Source: Octopus sinensis
Lineage: Eukaryota
Assembly (NCBI RefSeq): GCF_006345805.1
Contig: NC_043009.1
Coordinates: forward strand, 43,400,001 to 43,464,000
Direction of reading: 5' to 3'
DNA length: 64,000 nt
Part shown: positions 24,263-38,200 of the stretch, piece by piece
How positions within the stretch are numbered: position 1 is the first letter of the stretch
How the letters are laid out: each line of letters starts with the position of its first letter
Program-made: the position numbers and the translations under genes
Notes under the pieces: model-generated
The model's database searches: none
What the model was told of the DNA's origin: nothing
What the model saw: the letters and a program-made list of their open reading frames with translations, nothing else

Positions 24263-24595
24263 ACAATTGCAGCATGGAAGGTGTTGGTAAGCCATTTAGA
24301 AACACACAAAAGCCGTTCGATTCACTTCAACATTTAAGTTTAATTGTCAAGATATCTTCGTCGCTAAAATCCGCGACCTGTTCACTGACAAATGCAGCAC
24401 GGATTTTTGTCAGTGAACAGGTCGCGGATTTTAGCGACGAAAATATTTGACAAATTAAACTTAAATGTTGAAGTGAATCGAACGGCTTTCTGTGTGTTTC
24501 TTAAATGGCTTACAACACCTTCCACGCTGCAATTGTTTTCGTTTCAGCACACGATCTCAGATCAAATCACTTGCTATGCGAGTACATCTCCGTAA
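24263..24595. mobile_element. Fold-back element FB1 with twin variant hammerhead motifs (G3:C8 core)
   Basis: ~130-bp inverted arms (24263-24392 and 24406-24536) plus a ~60-nt tail, in (TA)n. Each arm reads TTTGTCA-GTGAACA-G-GTCGC-ggatttta-GCGAC-GAA-[palindrome]-TGACAA. Confidence 0.8.
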
Positions 24596-24689
24596 TATAT
24601 ATATATATTATAATATATATACATATAGATATACAAATACATCATCATACATACATACTTACATACATACAAACATACATACATATATC

Positions 24690-25030
24690 ATCATCATCAT
24701 CATAATCATTTAATGTTCCCTTTCCATGCTACTATGGGTTGGACGATTTTGACTGAGGGCTGGTGAACCAGATGGCAGCACCAGACTCCAATCTTGATCT
24801 GGCAGAGTTTCTACAGCTGGATGCCTTTCCTAACGCCAACCACTCCAAGAGTGTAGTGGGTGCTTTTTATATGCCACCGGCACGGGGGGCCAGTCAGGCG
24901 GTACTGGCAATGACCTCGCTTGAATCTTTTTACACATGCCCCTGGCACAGGTGCCAGTAAGGCGACGTTGGTAATGATGATGCTTGAATGGTACCCTTTT
25001 ACGTGCCACTGGCACGGAAGCCAGTTGGCT
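24690..25030 (-). mobile_element. RTE-LINE 3' end
   Basis: Reverse complement of the 6925-7530 type, with a (CAT)n tail. Confidence 0.8.
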
Positions 25031-25159
25031 GATATATAGATGAGTTGGGTATCAAAAGGTTCCTGGACTAGTTATGTTTAATAAAAAATAACTAATTTAC
25101 ACCAGAACCCAACATTCCTGTCACATCTGGAATCTGGCTTGGAAGTCATTTTCCGTAAA

Positions 25160-25930
25160 TGAGTTAAATTCTGCTGGGGTCAACTTTACCGTTCTTCCTT
25201 TTAAGCCTCATGAAATAAGTACCAGTTGAGTACTGACACCTAACCCTGAAAAATTTCAGTCTTTAATTCTATAGCAGAAGGGATCAGCAGGCTGGAGGTA
25301 TCATTAGCAGAACGGGCAAAATGCTTAGTGGTATTTCACCTGAGTTCAAATTTCGCCAAGGTAGACTTTGCCTTTCATCCTTTCAGGGTCAATAAATTAA
25401 GTACTAGTTGAGTACTGGGGTCAATGGGATCAACTATCCCCCTCTCTACAAAATCCAGGCCTGGTACCTATAGTAGAAAGGCTTGTTACCATCATCATCA
25501 TCATCATCATCATCCGAGCTGGCAGAAACGTTTGCATGCTGGGTGAAATCCTTAGCAGTATTTCGTCTGTCTTTACTTTCTGAGTTTAAACTCCGGGGTC
25601 GATAAATTAAGTACCAGTTGTACACTGGGGTCGATCTAATCGACTGACCCCCTCCCCCCAAATTTCGGGCCTTGTGCCTAGAGTAGAAAAGATTATTATT
25701 ATTACTATTATTATGCAAGGTGGCATGCTGGCAGAACCATTAGTACACCAGACGAAATGCTTAGTGGTATTTCACCCGTCATTATGTTCTGAGTTCAAAA
25801 TTCGCTGAGGTCGACTTTGCCTTTCATCCTATCGGGGTTGATTAAGTAAGTACCAGTTACACACTGGGGTCCATGTAATTGACTTTATCTCTTTCCCCAA
25901 ATTTTAGGCCTTGTGTCTACAGTAGAAAGT
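25160..25930 (+). mobile_element. Cluster of four head-to-tail SINE family A copies
   Basis: Repeated CTGGCAGAA.CGTTAG / GAGTTCAAA / AAGTACCAGTT / TAGTAGAAAG units separated by TTA or CAT tails. Confidence 0.8.
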
Positions 25931-25973
25931 ATTATTAATATTATTATTATTATTATTATCATTATTATTATTA

Positions 25974-28297
25974 CTTTCTTTTTCTTCTTTCAAATTTGCT
26001 TCCATTTCTTGCCGAGTGTCTTCCCGACTCCTAGGGCAAAGAAACTCATAGTATACATTGGTAGGCCATTAAACCAAACTCAGTAGTTCGTTCATTTTTT
26101 TTTTTTCTCACATCGACAATGCTCTTCTCAATACGTGTGATGTACCAGTTAAGACAATCTTTTGCACTTCTTGCAGGGATGGTAAGCCAGGGATCATTCT
26201 CATATAATTTTCGGTTCCCTTCTTGATCATTCCTAGTGCTCCTACGATCACTGGTATTGTAACCGCCTTGAGATGCCACATTTTCTCAATTTCAATGAGT
26301 AGGTCTTTATATTTTCTGAGCTTGTCAAACTCTTTCGCTGAGATATTATGATCACAGGGGATGCTCATGTCGATCAATAAGCAAACTTTATTGTTTTGGT
26401 CTTTCACAACAATATCTGGTTTATTGGCCTTGATGGTTCGGTCTGTATGTACTGGAAAGTCCCACAGAATGGTTACATTTTCTCCTTCAGTTACAGCCTC
26501 AGGGTGGTGACTATACCACTTGTCGGCAGTTTTGATATTGTAATGCCGACTTATTAGCCAGTGGAGATATTGGCCAACTCTGTCATGTCTTAATTTATAC
26601 TCCACTGGTGCTAAGACTTTACATCCAGAGATTAGGTGGTCCACTGTTTCAATCATGTCGTTGCAGAATCGGCATTTTGGGTCTGCTCCATTTTTCATCA
26701 CATTGGCCTGGTAGTTCCGGGTTAATAGGCTTTGATCTTGAGCAGCCAGAATGAAACCTTCGCTCTCTGCTTTTAGCCCTGAGCTCCGCAGCCACTGAAG
26801 GGTTTGCTTCTGGTCAACATCAGCTTGTTTGCTGCGGGTCACATATTTGCCATGCAGAGGTTTCTCCTCCCACCTATCAGCCAATTGCTTGTGCGCTTTT
26901 TTCATTGCCATCATTTTCACCTTCTTTGCAAAAATAGTTGCCGTACTTCCCTCGGGTTGTTCAGTTTGGGTATCCTGCACGAGATCAATAGCTTCTTTCG
27001 TCTCTCGTGATTTTCCACGAGCTTTAGCATCCAGTCATTCGATATTTCGAGATATTTGGCCAGTCCAATTGTGGTTGTTTTGTAAGCTAGTTCAAATTGG
27101 ATCAGGCCTCGACCTCCTTGGGCTCTGGGAAGGTAAAGGCGATCTACATCTGCCTTTGGGTGGTGCATCCTATTACAACTCAGCAGCTTGCATATTTTTC
27201 TATCTATATTCTTTACTTCACTCATATTCCAGTTCAACACATTGTAGCTATAAGTAACAACTGGAACTGCTAAGGAATTTATAGCTAACAACTTGTTACG
27301 TGCATTTAGTTCAGATTTCAGGACTGCACGAACTCTCCTATAACATTCCTTCCTGATTTTCTCTTTCATGCTTGCATGCTGAATACCAGAGCCTTCATTT
27401 ATCCCTAAATATTTGTATGTTTGTTCTTGCTCAAGCTCTCTTATGACTGTGTCAACATCTAACACGACTGAATTTGTGGTCTTCACTTTCCCTTTCTGGA
27501 AAGTGGCCTTGGCACGCTTCTCAAGTCCAAACTCCATCCCGATGTCATCGCTGAATGCTTTCACAGTGCGCAATAGGCCTTCAAGTTCATTATTGTCTTT
27601 ACCATAAAGTTTTAAGTCATCCATATAAAATAGATGGCTTATTTTTTTATTGGCAATTTTATACCCATACCCTGTTCTGTTTAATTCACTTGTAAGGGGT
27701 ATTAGGGTTATGCAGAATATTAAAGGTGAAAGTGAGTCACCTTGAAAAATTCCACAGTTGATGTTATATTTTCTGAGGCAAGTACTCCATTGGAGTGGTA
27801 TAATTGGAGATTCGTATTCCACAACGACATATTGTGCTTCAGGAAGTTTGAAATTTTGAAGATGTCCAGCGATCTCAAGATCCATGGATGCAGTATACTG
27901 TCGAAGACCTTTTTGTAGTCAATCCATGCGGTGCTGAGATTTCTGCGCTTGTTGTGACAGTTCTCAAGGATCATACGATTGATTAGCAGTTGATCTTTGC
28001 ATCCGTAAGAGCCTCGGCGGCACCCTTTTTGTTCAATGGGGAAAATATCGTTCTTCTCCATGAATGCATATGTTTTCTCCGCCAGAATAGATGTTAGGAT
28101 TTTATACGTGGTGGATAGACAGGTTATAGGCCGATAGTTTTTTGGAAGGTTGGTTTCGTTATTCTTTGGGAGTAGGTAAGTAATGCTACTTGCTAACCAT
28201 TCAGGTGTTTTCTTTGGGTCTCTCATAATTCCATTGAGCAGCTGAACTAGCTTACCGTGTGCGCATGGGAGCGATGCGAGCCAGAAATTCGGCACCC
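25974..28297 (-). mobile_element. R4/Dong-clade non-LTR retrotransposon, 5'-truncated, inserted in (TAA)n
   Basis: RT + CCHC + restriction-like endonuclease coding region, ~130-nt 3' UTR, TAA repeats directly at both ends (25931-25973 and 28298-28357). Confidence 0.9.
26108..28295 (-). pseudogene. Frameshifted RT-RLE ORF of the Dong/R4 element
   Basis: Three overlapping ORFs: PKNYRPITCL...EQKGCRRGSYGCKDQL...WIDYKKVFDS; GIFQGDSLSP...HLFYMDDLKL...YKYLG; CRFCNDMIETVDHLISGC (CCHC), RHD, NKPDIVV...LIDMSIP...KLRKY (PD..D/ExK RLE). Confidence 0.92.
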
Positions 28298-28358
<61 letters not shown>

Positions 28359-28359
28359 G

Positions 28360-28577
28360 ATGGTGGCAAGCTGGCAGAATTGTTAGCATGCTGGATAAAA
28401 TGCTTAGTGGTATTTCAACCTTCACTACGTTATGAGTTCAAATCCCATCAAAGTTGATTTTGCCTTTCATCCTTTCAGGGTCGCTAAAATAAGTACCAGT
28501 TACATACTGGAGTCGATGTAATAAACTGTCCCCCCTCCCACAAAATTTCAGGCATTGTACCTATAATAGAAAGGATT
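28360..28577 (+). mobile_element. SINE family A
   Basis: GCAAGCTGGCAGAATTGTTAG head, Meta-like core, TTA tail. Confidence 0.85.
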
Positions 28578-28771
28578 ATTATTATTATTGTATTGCATTA
28601 TATTTTTGTTTTTTCAAAATGTTACAAAATTTGAGAAACAAAATAAAATTTCCCAAAATTTTTTTTGAATATTGATAGTGATGGAAAAAAAAATTAGGTT
28701 AATAGTTAATATTAATAATAATAATAAAAATAATAATATAATAATAATAATAATAATAATAATATAAAATA

Positions 28772-28812
<41 letters not shown>

Positions 28813-28840
28813 TATAATAATATAATAATATAATAATAAT

Positions 28841-28931
28841 ACCTTTATCAGACGGGTAGTCTGATGGGTATATTGGGCTTCGTATATTTTACCCCAGTGT
28901 CACTTTGATGGCATGAACTGCTCTCTCACTC
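28841..28931 (+). mobile_element. Short 3' end of the TAA-targeting element seen at 5706-6018
   Basis: TTATCAGACGGGTAGTC...CTGCTCTCTCACTC embedded in a ~400-bp (TAA)n field. Confidence 0.75.
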
Positions 28932-30167
28932 AATAATAATAATAATAATAATATAAAATAATAATAATAATAATAATAATAATATAATAATAATAAATAA
29001 TAATAATAATAAAATATAATAATATAATAATAATAATATAATAATAATAATAATAATAAAAATAATAATAATAAATAATAATAATAATAATAAAAATAAT
29101 AATAATAAAAATAATAATAATATGGCAATGAATGACACCTGTACAATCCACTTCTCTCTTATGGTAAATTGTGCTAGCATCAACCCCACCCCTGCTCCCC
29201 ATTCTGCCTCCCGACCTATTTTTTTTATTTTTTGTTTCCCTACCACCAATACCAACACCATTCTCTCTGCTATCAACATTACTGCTACCATTGTCATCAT
29301 CATCATCACCACCACCACCACCACCACTATCAACCTCAGCCATAGCATTTTCATCATCACGACTACGACCACCACCACCACCATTACCAATTTCTGCAGC
29401 AGCAACAATAATTGCAGCAGCAGCAGCAGCAGAAGCAGCAGCAAGGTGGTGATGTCATTGTCTAATTCTTTTGTTTCCTTCCTGCCTGTCATTGTCTTGG
29501 ATTGTTCTTCAGATTCTGGAGAATTCTTGAAGACAGGGCTGACAGGGTGCAGGGGGCACGCTGAGGGGGTGGGAGGAAGGTTTGAGGTGATGGGATGATA
29601 ATACTGTAGAGCAAGAGACAGTCAGACAGACAGAAAGACAGCCATCCATCCATCCAGACAGACAGACAGACAGACAGACTGACAGACTGACAGACAGACT
29701 GACTTGAAGAAATATAAAACCTTCTCCAACTGTTGAAATAGAAGTAAGGTGGGAGGGGTGGAGGGTGCGCTGGAGGGAGAAAGAAGAATGAGGATCAGTG
29801 GGAGGGGAAAAACAAAGGAGGGTTTCGGGTGGGGAAGGAGAGCAAGAAGAATTGTGTATACATATGTGTGTGCATATTTGTGTTTGTATATGTATATATA
29901 TAAATATGTATGTGTATATGTATGTATGACTGTATTTGTGTATAAACGTATGTGCATATGTATGTGTCTATGGCTGCGTTTGTATGTGTGTATATATGTA
30001 TGTGTGCATGTATGTATGTGCTTGCATATATGTATGTATATATATGTATGTGTATATGTGTGTGTATATATGTATGAACAAGCATGTGTATATTCTTGTA
30101 TATTTGTATATGTATATGCATATGTATATATATATATGTACAAACATGTGTATGTGCATATATATGG

Positions 30168-30212
<45 letters not shown>

Positions 30213-30734
30213 TGTATGTGTATATATGTGTGTATGTTTGTACAAGACACAAGGGTGGAGAAATTGATAGAAAGGAATTTGACACATTTGCACACCCTAC
30301 ACCACCCTGCATTTCTCTGCCACTCCACCTGTACACTATACACACACACACAGACACACACACACATACATACATAAACACAAGCACTTACATGCACTGA
30401 TACACAAAAGACACATGCACATGTATACATGCTCATACACATACATACATACTATGAACTACACCCACCAACTCAAAGGCCAGCTCTCCCACCCCAACAC
30501 CTCTTCATCTTTCTGTTGATGATGATGACGGTGATGGTGGTAGTGGTGATTATGATGAGGATGATGATGCTGACAATGATAATGATATTGATGGCAATGA
30601 CGTTGATGATTATGATGATGATGATGATGACGATGATGATGATGATGATGACGACGATGATGATGACGATGACGATGATGATGATGATGATGACGATGAT
30701 GGTGATGATGATGAGGATAATGATAATGATGATA

Positions 30735-30768
<34 letters not shown>

Positions 30769-31077
30769 CGGTGATGGTGGTAGTGGGGATGATAATGAGG
30801 ATAATGATGCTGACAATGATGATGATATTGATGGTAATGACGATGATGATGATGATGATGACGACGAAGATGGTAACGGTGGTGGTGAATGTGGGGAGGA
30901 GGAGGGGGAGGAGGAGGCGCAGGAAGGGGAGGAGAAAGAGGAGGTGGGGTAGTAGTGATGGCAATAATGATTGTGGTGGTGGTGGTGGTGGTGGTGGTGG
31001 TGATGGTGATGGTGATGGTGATGGTGGTGGCAGTGGTAATGACGATGCTTTGTGAACCCTAATTCAGACCATAATCC

Positions 31078-31110
<33 letters not shown>

Positions 31111-31532
31111 GCTTCATCATCATCATTGTCATCATCACCACCATCCCCATCATCACCTGCATCACACAACAAATTTCTCCACCGTCATCACAACATCCCA
31201 CCACCACCACCACCACCACCACCACCATCATGTCTAATGTTGCAGTGGAGAGGAAGGAAGCAAATGAATGCAGAGGAGATTGAGGGAGAGGAAAACCTGC
31301 TTAGGAATGTAAGTGTGAGAGTGAGTGTAAGTGTGGGTGTTGATATGAGTGTGAGTGTGAGGCTCATTTTGTCCCACACTTTCATTATTACATTTGTCCT
31401 GGAATTGAACTAGAAGCAAGTAAAATTGATTGGGTGAGTTAGAGAGGATTGGGAGTTCAGATTAGTTAGAGGGACAGATAGATAGATAGATAGATAACAG
31501 ATACAGATAGACAGACAAACAGACAGACAGAC

Positions 31533-31586
<54 letters not shown>

Positions 31587-32276
31587 CCGACAGACAGGCA
31601 GATAGATAGACAGATATCTATCTATCTATCTATCCATCTATAGATAGATAGATAGATAACAGACAGACGGACTGATAGATAGATAGATAGATAAATAGAT
31701 AGACAGACAGACAGATAGATAGATAGATAGATAAACATAGAATGAAAGAAGAAATATATAGACAGAAGAGCAAAGAGAGAGAGAGAGAGGTGGGGGAAGT
31801 GGGAGAACGAGAAATAGAATAGAAACAAAATAATGAAGAAAAATGTATGAGGGGAGATGTAAAGTATGTGGAATAAATTAAAGAGAGGAAGAAAGAGATC
31901 AACAAACAATAAAAGAAGAGAGAGAGACGGAGAGTGTTGAGAGGGAGAGAGAAGGAGATAGTTGAGAGAGAGAGAGAAATGAAAAGCGGAGGGGGGGGAG
32001 AAAAAGAGGGTGAGGGAGACAGAGTAAAAGAAGAGAGAGCAAAAGTAGTGAAAAGATGATTAAGAGGAGAAGGGAGAGAAAGAGGAAAAGGATGAGGAAG
32101 GGAATGTAAGTATTGGTTGGTGCAGAGTGATAAAGATATGTTTGGAGGGAAAAGTAAGAAACATCCTCTCTCTTTTGCTTTCTTTCTTAACCATTCTATC
32201 TTTCTCTTAGTCTTGATCTTTGTCTCTCTGCCTTTGCTAGTCTCTCCGAACCCCAGTCAGTCTCTCTACCTTACTT

Positions 32277-32312
<36 letters not shown>

Positions 32313-32371
32313 TCTACCCTCATCTCTCTTTCTGTCCTTCTACCCCCATCGCTCTCTCTCTCTATATATAT

Positions 32372-32786
32372 AGGTGTAGGCGTGGTTGTGTGGTAAGTAG
32401 CTTGCTTACCAACCACATGGTTCCAGGTTCATTCCCACTGCGTGGCACCTTGGGCAAGTGTCTTCTACTATGACCTCAGGACAACCAAAGACTTGTGAGT
32501 GGACTTGGTAGATGAAAACTGAAAGAAGCCTGTCGTATATATGTATGTATATGTGTGTGTGTTGTGTGTGTGTGTGTGTGTGTATGTGTGTTTGTGTGTC
32601 TGTGTTTGTCCCCCCAACATCACTTGACAACCGGTGGTGTGTTTACATACCCATAACTTAGCGGTTCGGCAAAAGGAACTGATAGAATAAGTATTAAGCT
32701 TCCAAAGAATAAGTCCTGGGGTCAATTTGCTCAACTAAAGGTCGTGCTCCAGCATGGCCACAGTCAAATGACTGAAACAAGTAAAA
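32372..32786 (+). mobile_element. SINE family B, full length
   Basis: Head, CORE-like segment, internal (TG)n, GACTGAAACAAGTAAAA tail. Confidence 0.9.
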
Positions 32787-33192
32787 TATGTGTGTGTGTG
32801 TGCTTCTATTTCTCTGTCTTTGTCTCTTTTTGTCTTTCTTCCCCATTTTCTGTCTCTCTATCTCTATCTCTCTGTCTATCATCCTCTTTCTAACTTTGTA
32901 TCACTCTCTGTATACCAGTCTGATTTTCCATCTCTCTCTCTCTTTCTTTCTCTCTCTCTCTATCTCTCTCTCTCCATCTTTCTATCTATACATCTGTCTC
33001 TACCTCTCCCTTCTTCTCCATCCCTCTATTTCTTAGAGTCCCTGAAACTCTCTCTCACACTCACACATATGCGCATACATACAAGTACATATACATAGAC
33101 ACGCATGCACATGCATACATACACACACACACACTTCAGGTGTCCATTGGGGGCTTGTTACTCTCACACCTTGTCTATTTGGCCTGACTCAA

Positions 33193-33244
<52 letters not shown>

Positions 33245-33814
33245 TCTACCACCAGGAACATTGCCACCCTCTCCAGTCAAAGAAGTAAAGAGGGTGGGAA
33301 ATAGGTGGGAAGGGAGACTTGGGATGGAGAGGATGTTGTTACCATGGAATTATGGGAAACACACGTTGTCTGTGTGAGTGTGGTGCTAGTGGTGGAGCAG
33401 TTGTGGTGGTGGTGGTGGTGGTGGTGGTGGTGGTGGTGGTGGTAGCATATTATGTTGCGTCAGAACAATGGAATGAGAAGAAGAAAGAAGAAGAAGAAGA
33501 AGAAGAAGAGAAGAAGAAGAAGAAGAAGAAGAAGAAGAAGAAGAAGAAGAAAAGAAGGGAAGAGAAGGAGGAGAGCCTAAGATTACAAAAGAAGAACTGA
33601 CACCTTCCACCAACACCCTCATGATTAAGAACCCCCCTCCAACCCATCACTGCTACCAGACTTTTGTTGATGCAAGGGAACTGGATCAGGGAAGGAAGGG
33701 GCCACCTTTTTTTAATAAATTGATCTGGTTTATTTTTTTTTTAATATATCTAAAAAAAGCATTTACACTTCCAGTCAGCTCACCCCCCATCCCACAACAC
33801 AGTATCACAGTGAA

Positions 33815-33845
<31 letters not shown>

Positions 33846-34149
33846 TGCACACACACATAAACACAGACGTACACAAACTTGCACTCACATGCACTTTGCA
33901 AACACTGCATACTTGCACCCACCTGTTATACCAACCTAGTTCAGTGAAAGCCTGCACACATTAGACATTCACACAAACACACCTGTTACAATTCACCTGA
34001 TGCACACACATTCACAGACCTGCTCCAATATATACTGACATACGTACATACATATCTGTGCATATAGATTTATACACATATGTATACACACACTTACATT
34101 ACATATTTATACATACATACAGACATACATACATACATACTACATACAT

Positions 34150-35480
34150 ACATCACCATCATCATCATTTAGCGTCCATTGTCCATGCTGGAATGGGTTG
34201 GATGGTTTGATCAGGGCTGGCAAGCTGGAAGGGTGCACCAGACCTCCCCCCCCAGTCTGATTTAGCATGGCTTCTACAGTGGATGCCCTTCCTAATGCCA
34301 ACCACTCCGAGAATGTAACGGGTGCTTTTACGTGCTACCGGCACGGGTGCCATTTGTGTGACACTGGTACATGCCATGACTGCGATAATATTTGCCATGA
34401 TGGCTCTCCTTCTCAAGCATGACATAATGTCAAAGGTCTCAGTCATTGCCTCCATAAAGGTCAACACTTGTAAGGAGCTTTTCACGTGCCCCCAGCATCA
34501 GCAACTTTGCCTCCATGAGGCCCAATGCTCAAAAAGTGCTTGTTACGTGCCACTGGCACAAGTGCCAGTTATATGACACCAGCATCAGCCATGACTACGA
34601 TTTCACTAGGGTCTTCTCAAGAATAGAATATTACCAAAGGTCTCAGTCACCGGTCATTGTGAGGCCCAAAATTCAAAGATCATGCTTCACCACCTCATCG
34701 CATGTCTTCCTGGGTCTACCTCCACAACAGGTTCCCTCTACAGTCAGAAATCAGCCCTTCATTACACAGCTGTCCTTGTCCATACACATCTTATGACCAT
34801 ACCAGCACAGTCTACTCTCTTGCACACTACAGCTGATGCTTCTTATGCCTAACCTTTCTTATTTCTTTATTGCCCACAAGGGGCTAAACATAGAGAGGAC
34901 AAACAAGAACAGACAAAGGGATTAAGTCGATTTTATTGACCCTAGTGCGTAACTGGTACTTATTTAATTGACCCTGAAAGGATGCGAGGCAAAGTCGACC
35001 TTGGTGGAATTTGATCTCAGAACATAGCGGCAGATGAAATACTGCTAAGCATTTCGCCCAGCATGCTAACGTTTCTGCCAGCTTGCTGCCTTATGCCTAA
35101 CTTTTCTCTCAAGATGCTTACACTCTGTCGAACATTCACACTGACATTGCACATCCAGCTAAGCATGCTGGCTTAATTTCTTTCAAGTCTATGCATGTCC
35201 TCGGCTGTCACAGCTCATGTTTCACTGCCATGTAGCATGGCTGTTAGCACACAGGCAACATACAATCTGCCTTTCACTCTGAGAAAGAGGCCTTTTGTTA
35301 CCAGCAGAGGTAGGAGCTCTCTGAACTTTGCCAAAATTATTTTTATTCTCACAGCTACGCTCTCAGAACATCCCCCTCCGCAACTAACTTGGTCACCTAG
35401 GTAACAGAAGCTATCTATTACCTCTAGCTTACCCACCTGGCAGTTGATGGAGTCTATTTTCTGTGCATTTTCGGTATTTA
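34150..35480 (-). pseudogene. RTE-clade LINE 3' fragment (ORF2 C-terminus + 3' UTR + GAT tail), interrupted by a SINE
   Basis: LEVIDSFCYLGD...RLYVACVLTAMLHGSET...LREKLGIR | ...RLCWYGH...GRPRKT...; the 3' UTR ends GGACGCTAAATGATGATG. Confidence 0.85.
34858..35089 (-). mobile_element. SINE family A inserted in the RTE LINE, with TSD
   Basis: CTTATGCCTAAC duplicated at 34842-34853 and 35090-35101. Confidence 0.9.
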
Positions 35481-35489
35481 TTCTATCTG

Positions 35490-35522
35490 ATGTTGATGAT
35501 GATGACGACAACGACGATGGAG

Positions 35523-35554
<32 letters not shown>

Positions 35555-35595
35555 GATAATGATGATGATGATGAAGATGTTGATGATGATGATGT

Positions 35596-35629
<34 letters not shown>

Positions 35630-35658
35630 GATGTTGATGATGATGATGATGATGAGGG

Positions 35659-35698
<40 letters not shown>

Positions 35699-36256
35699 GG
35701 TGATGATGATGGTGATGATGATGATAATTATGATGAAGGCAACAAAAAGGATTATGTAGATGACGATAATGATAATGACAATGGTGGCAATAACGATGAT
35801 GAGGAGGCAGAGGAGGATGCAGATGGTGATGGTGATGATGATATTTAAAATGACGATGAAGAAAATGATGGCAATGATAACTATCGTCAACGATGTAATG
35901 ACAACAATAATGTTAATAATGACAACAATGATGACAGTGATGACAACAGGCAGAAATGGTAATGACAATGATGATAATGCTGAGGATAAATGAGGAGGAG
36001 GAGGAGGAGGAGAAAGAAGATGAAGAGAATGGAAATGATGATGCGGCAAAGAAGTAGAAATTTTTAAAATGATGGGGGGGGAGGAGGAAGGGGATGAAAA
36101 TGATGTGGCAAAGCAGTAGAAGGAAAATGATGAAGAGGGGTAGGAGGAGGAGAAAGAAGGGGATGATGACGATGACGATGACGATGATGATGATGATGAT
36201 GATGATGATGACATTGATGATGATGATGATGACAATGATGGTAATGATGATGATGG

Positions 36257-36345
<89 letters not shown>

Positions 36346-36379
36346 AATGACATTGATGATGATGATGATGATGACAATG

Positions 36380-36450
<71 letters not shown>

Positions 36451-36452
36451 AG

Positions 36453-36483
<31 letters not shown>

Positions 36484-38200
36484 AATGACATTGATGATGA
36501 TGATGATGACAATGATGGTAATGATGATGATGATGATGATGATGATCATGGTGATGATCTTCATTATCATCATCATCATCATCACCCCCCTCTATTTCTC
36601 CCACCCCATCCCACTTTGTCCATCCCATGACACACGATTCATCAAAATATGTATCATCTTCAGCTGTCTGAAACCACCACCAACACCACTACCATCGACA
36701 CTACCGTTTGTACAACCACCACCACCACCACCATCGTCTCTATCATCAAACTACCACCAACACCATCCTCATCACCCCACCAAAAAAGAAACACCATCAC
36801 CAACACACCACTAGCAAAACATGTTTCTATTATCTCCATCTTCTTAAAACCACCACCAACAACAATAACACCAGCAACGTTGAAATAGCCACCATCATCA
36901 TCATCAACATCATTGTCAAGACTATTACATTGCCATCACTACCATCGTCATCACTAGCACTGCTGTTGTTGACCATCAACAACACCACCATCACCCCCGT
37001 CTCTTCCACCATTACCACCATCCTACCATCAGAAACAAATAAAAGATAAAAAGACAATAAGAATGACATTAACAACGATAATAATAATAACAATGCTTTC
37101 GTCATTGTCGTCGTCGTCATCATCGTTGTTATTGCATCATCATCATCATCATCATCGTCGTCGTCGTCGTCGTCATCATCGTCATCATCAACATCATCAT
37201 CATCACCGTCGTCGTTGTCATCATCATCGTCATCATCATTATCATCATCATTGTCGTCGTCTCATCATTATCATCATCATGGTCGTCGTCTCATCATCAT
37301 CATCATCATGGTCGTCGTCTCATTCATCATCATCATCGTCGTCATCGTCATCATCATCATCATCATTGTTGTCATCGTCATCATCATCATCATCGTCGTC
37401 GTCGTCATCATCATCATCATTGTCGTCATTATCATCATTGAAATTATCATTACTGTCGTTGTTGTTGTCATTATTGTCATCGCCATGGCAGAATCGTTAG
37501 CACGCTGGGCGAAATGCTTAGCAGTATTTCATCCATCTTGAAGATATTCTGAGTTCAAATTTCGGGGTTGATAAATTAAGTACCAGTTGCATACTGGGGT
37601 CGATCTAATCAACTAGTTCTCTAACCCCAAATTTCAGGCATTGTGCCTTTAGTAGAAAGTATTATTGTCATCACCATCAGCATCATCATTGTTGCCGTCA
37701 TCATCATCACAATATCGTTATTCTCATTGTCATCTTTATCATCATCATCACCTTTACCATCATCATCATCATCATCATAATTGTTGTCATTGCCACTCAC
37801 ATCAATGTCATTGTCGTTGTCATCATCATCATTATTTCTGTTGACCTCATCGCTATTGGCCTTCTCTTCTTCACCATCACCATCATCATTAGCATCATCA
37901 TCCTCCTCCGCCTCCTCCTCCTCATCATCATCAACACTATCATCATCATCATCTTTATCATTATCATCATCATCACCAATACTATCATCATCATTGTCTT
38001 CATTTACATTATCATCTTTGTCAGCATTATCTTTGACATCACCTTTGCATCATCATCGTCATCATCATCATCATAAACATCAACACCTATTACAACGCAA
38101 CCATCACCACCACCACCATCACCTTCACTACTACCGCTACCACCATACCATACCACCATCATCACCACTACCATCATCAACAACAACAACAGCACTATTG
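35490..38200. repeat. Large compound (GAT)n / (CAT)n / (CAC)n trinucleotide field
   Basis: GAT-rich 35490-36555 flips to CAT-rich from about 36560; contains a SINE A at 37487-37660. Confidence 0.9.
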
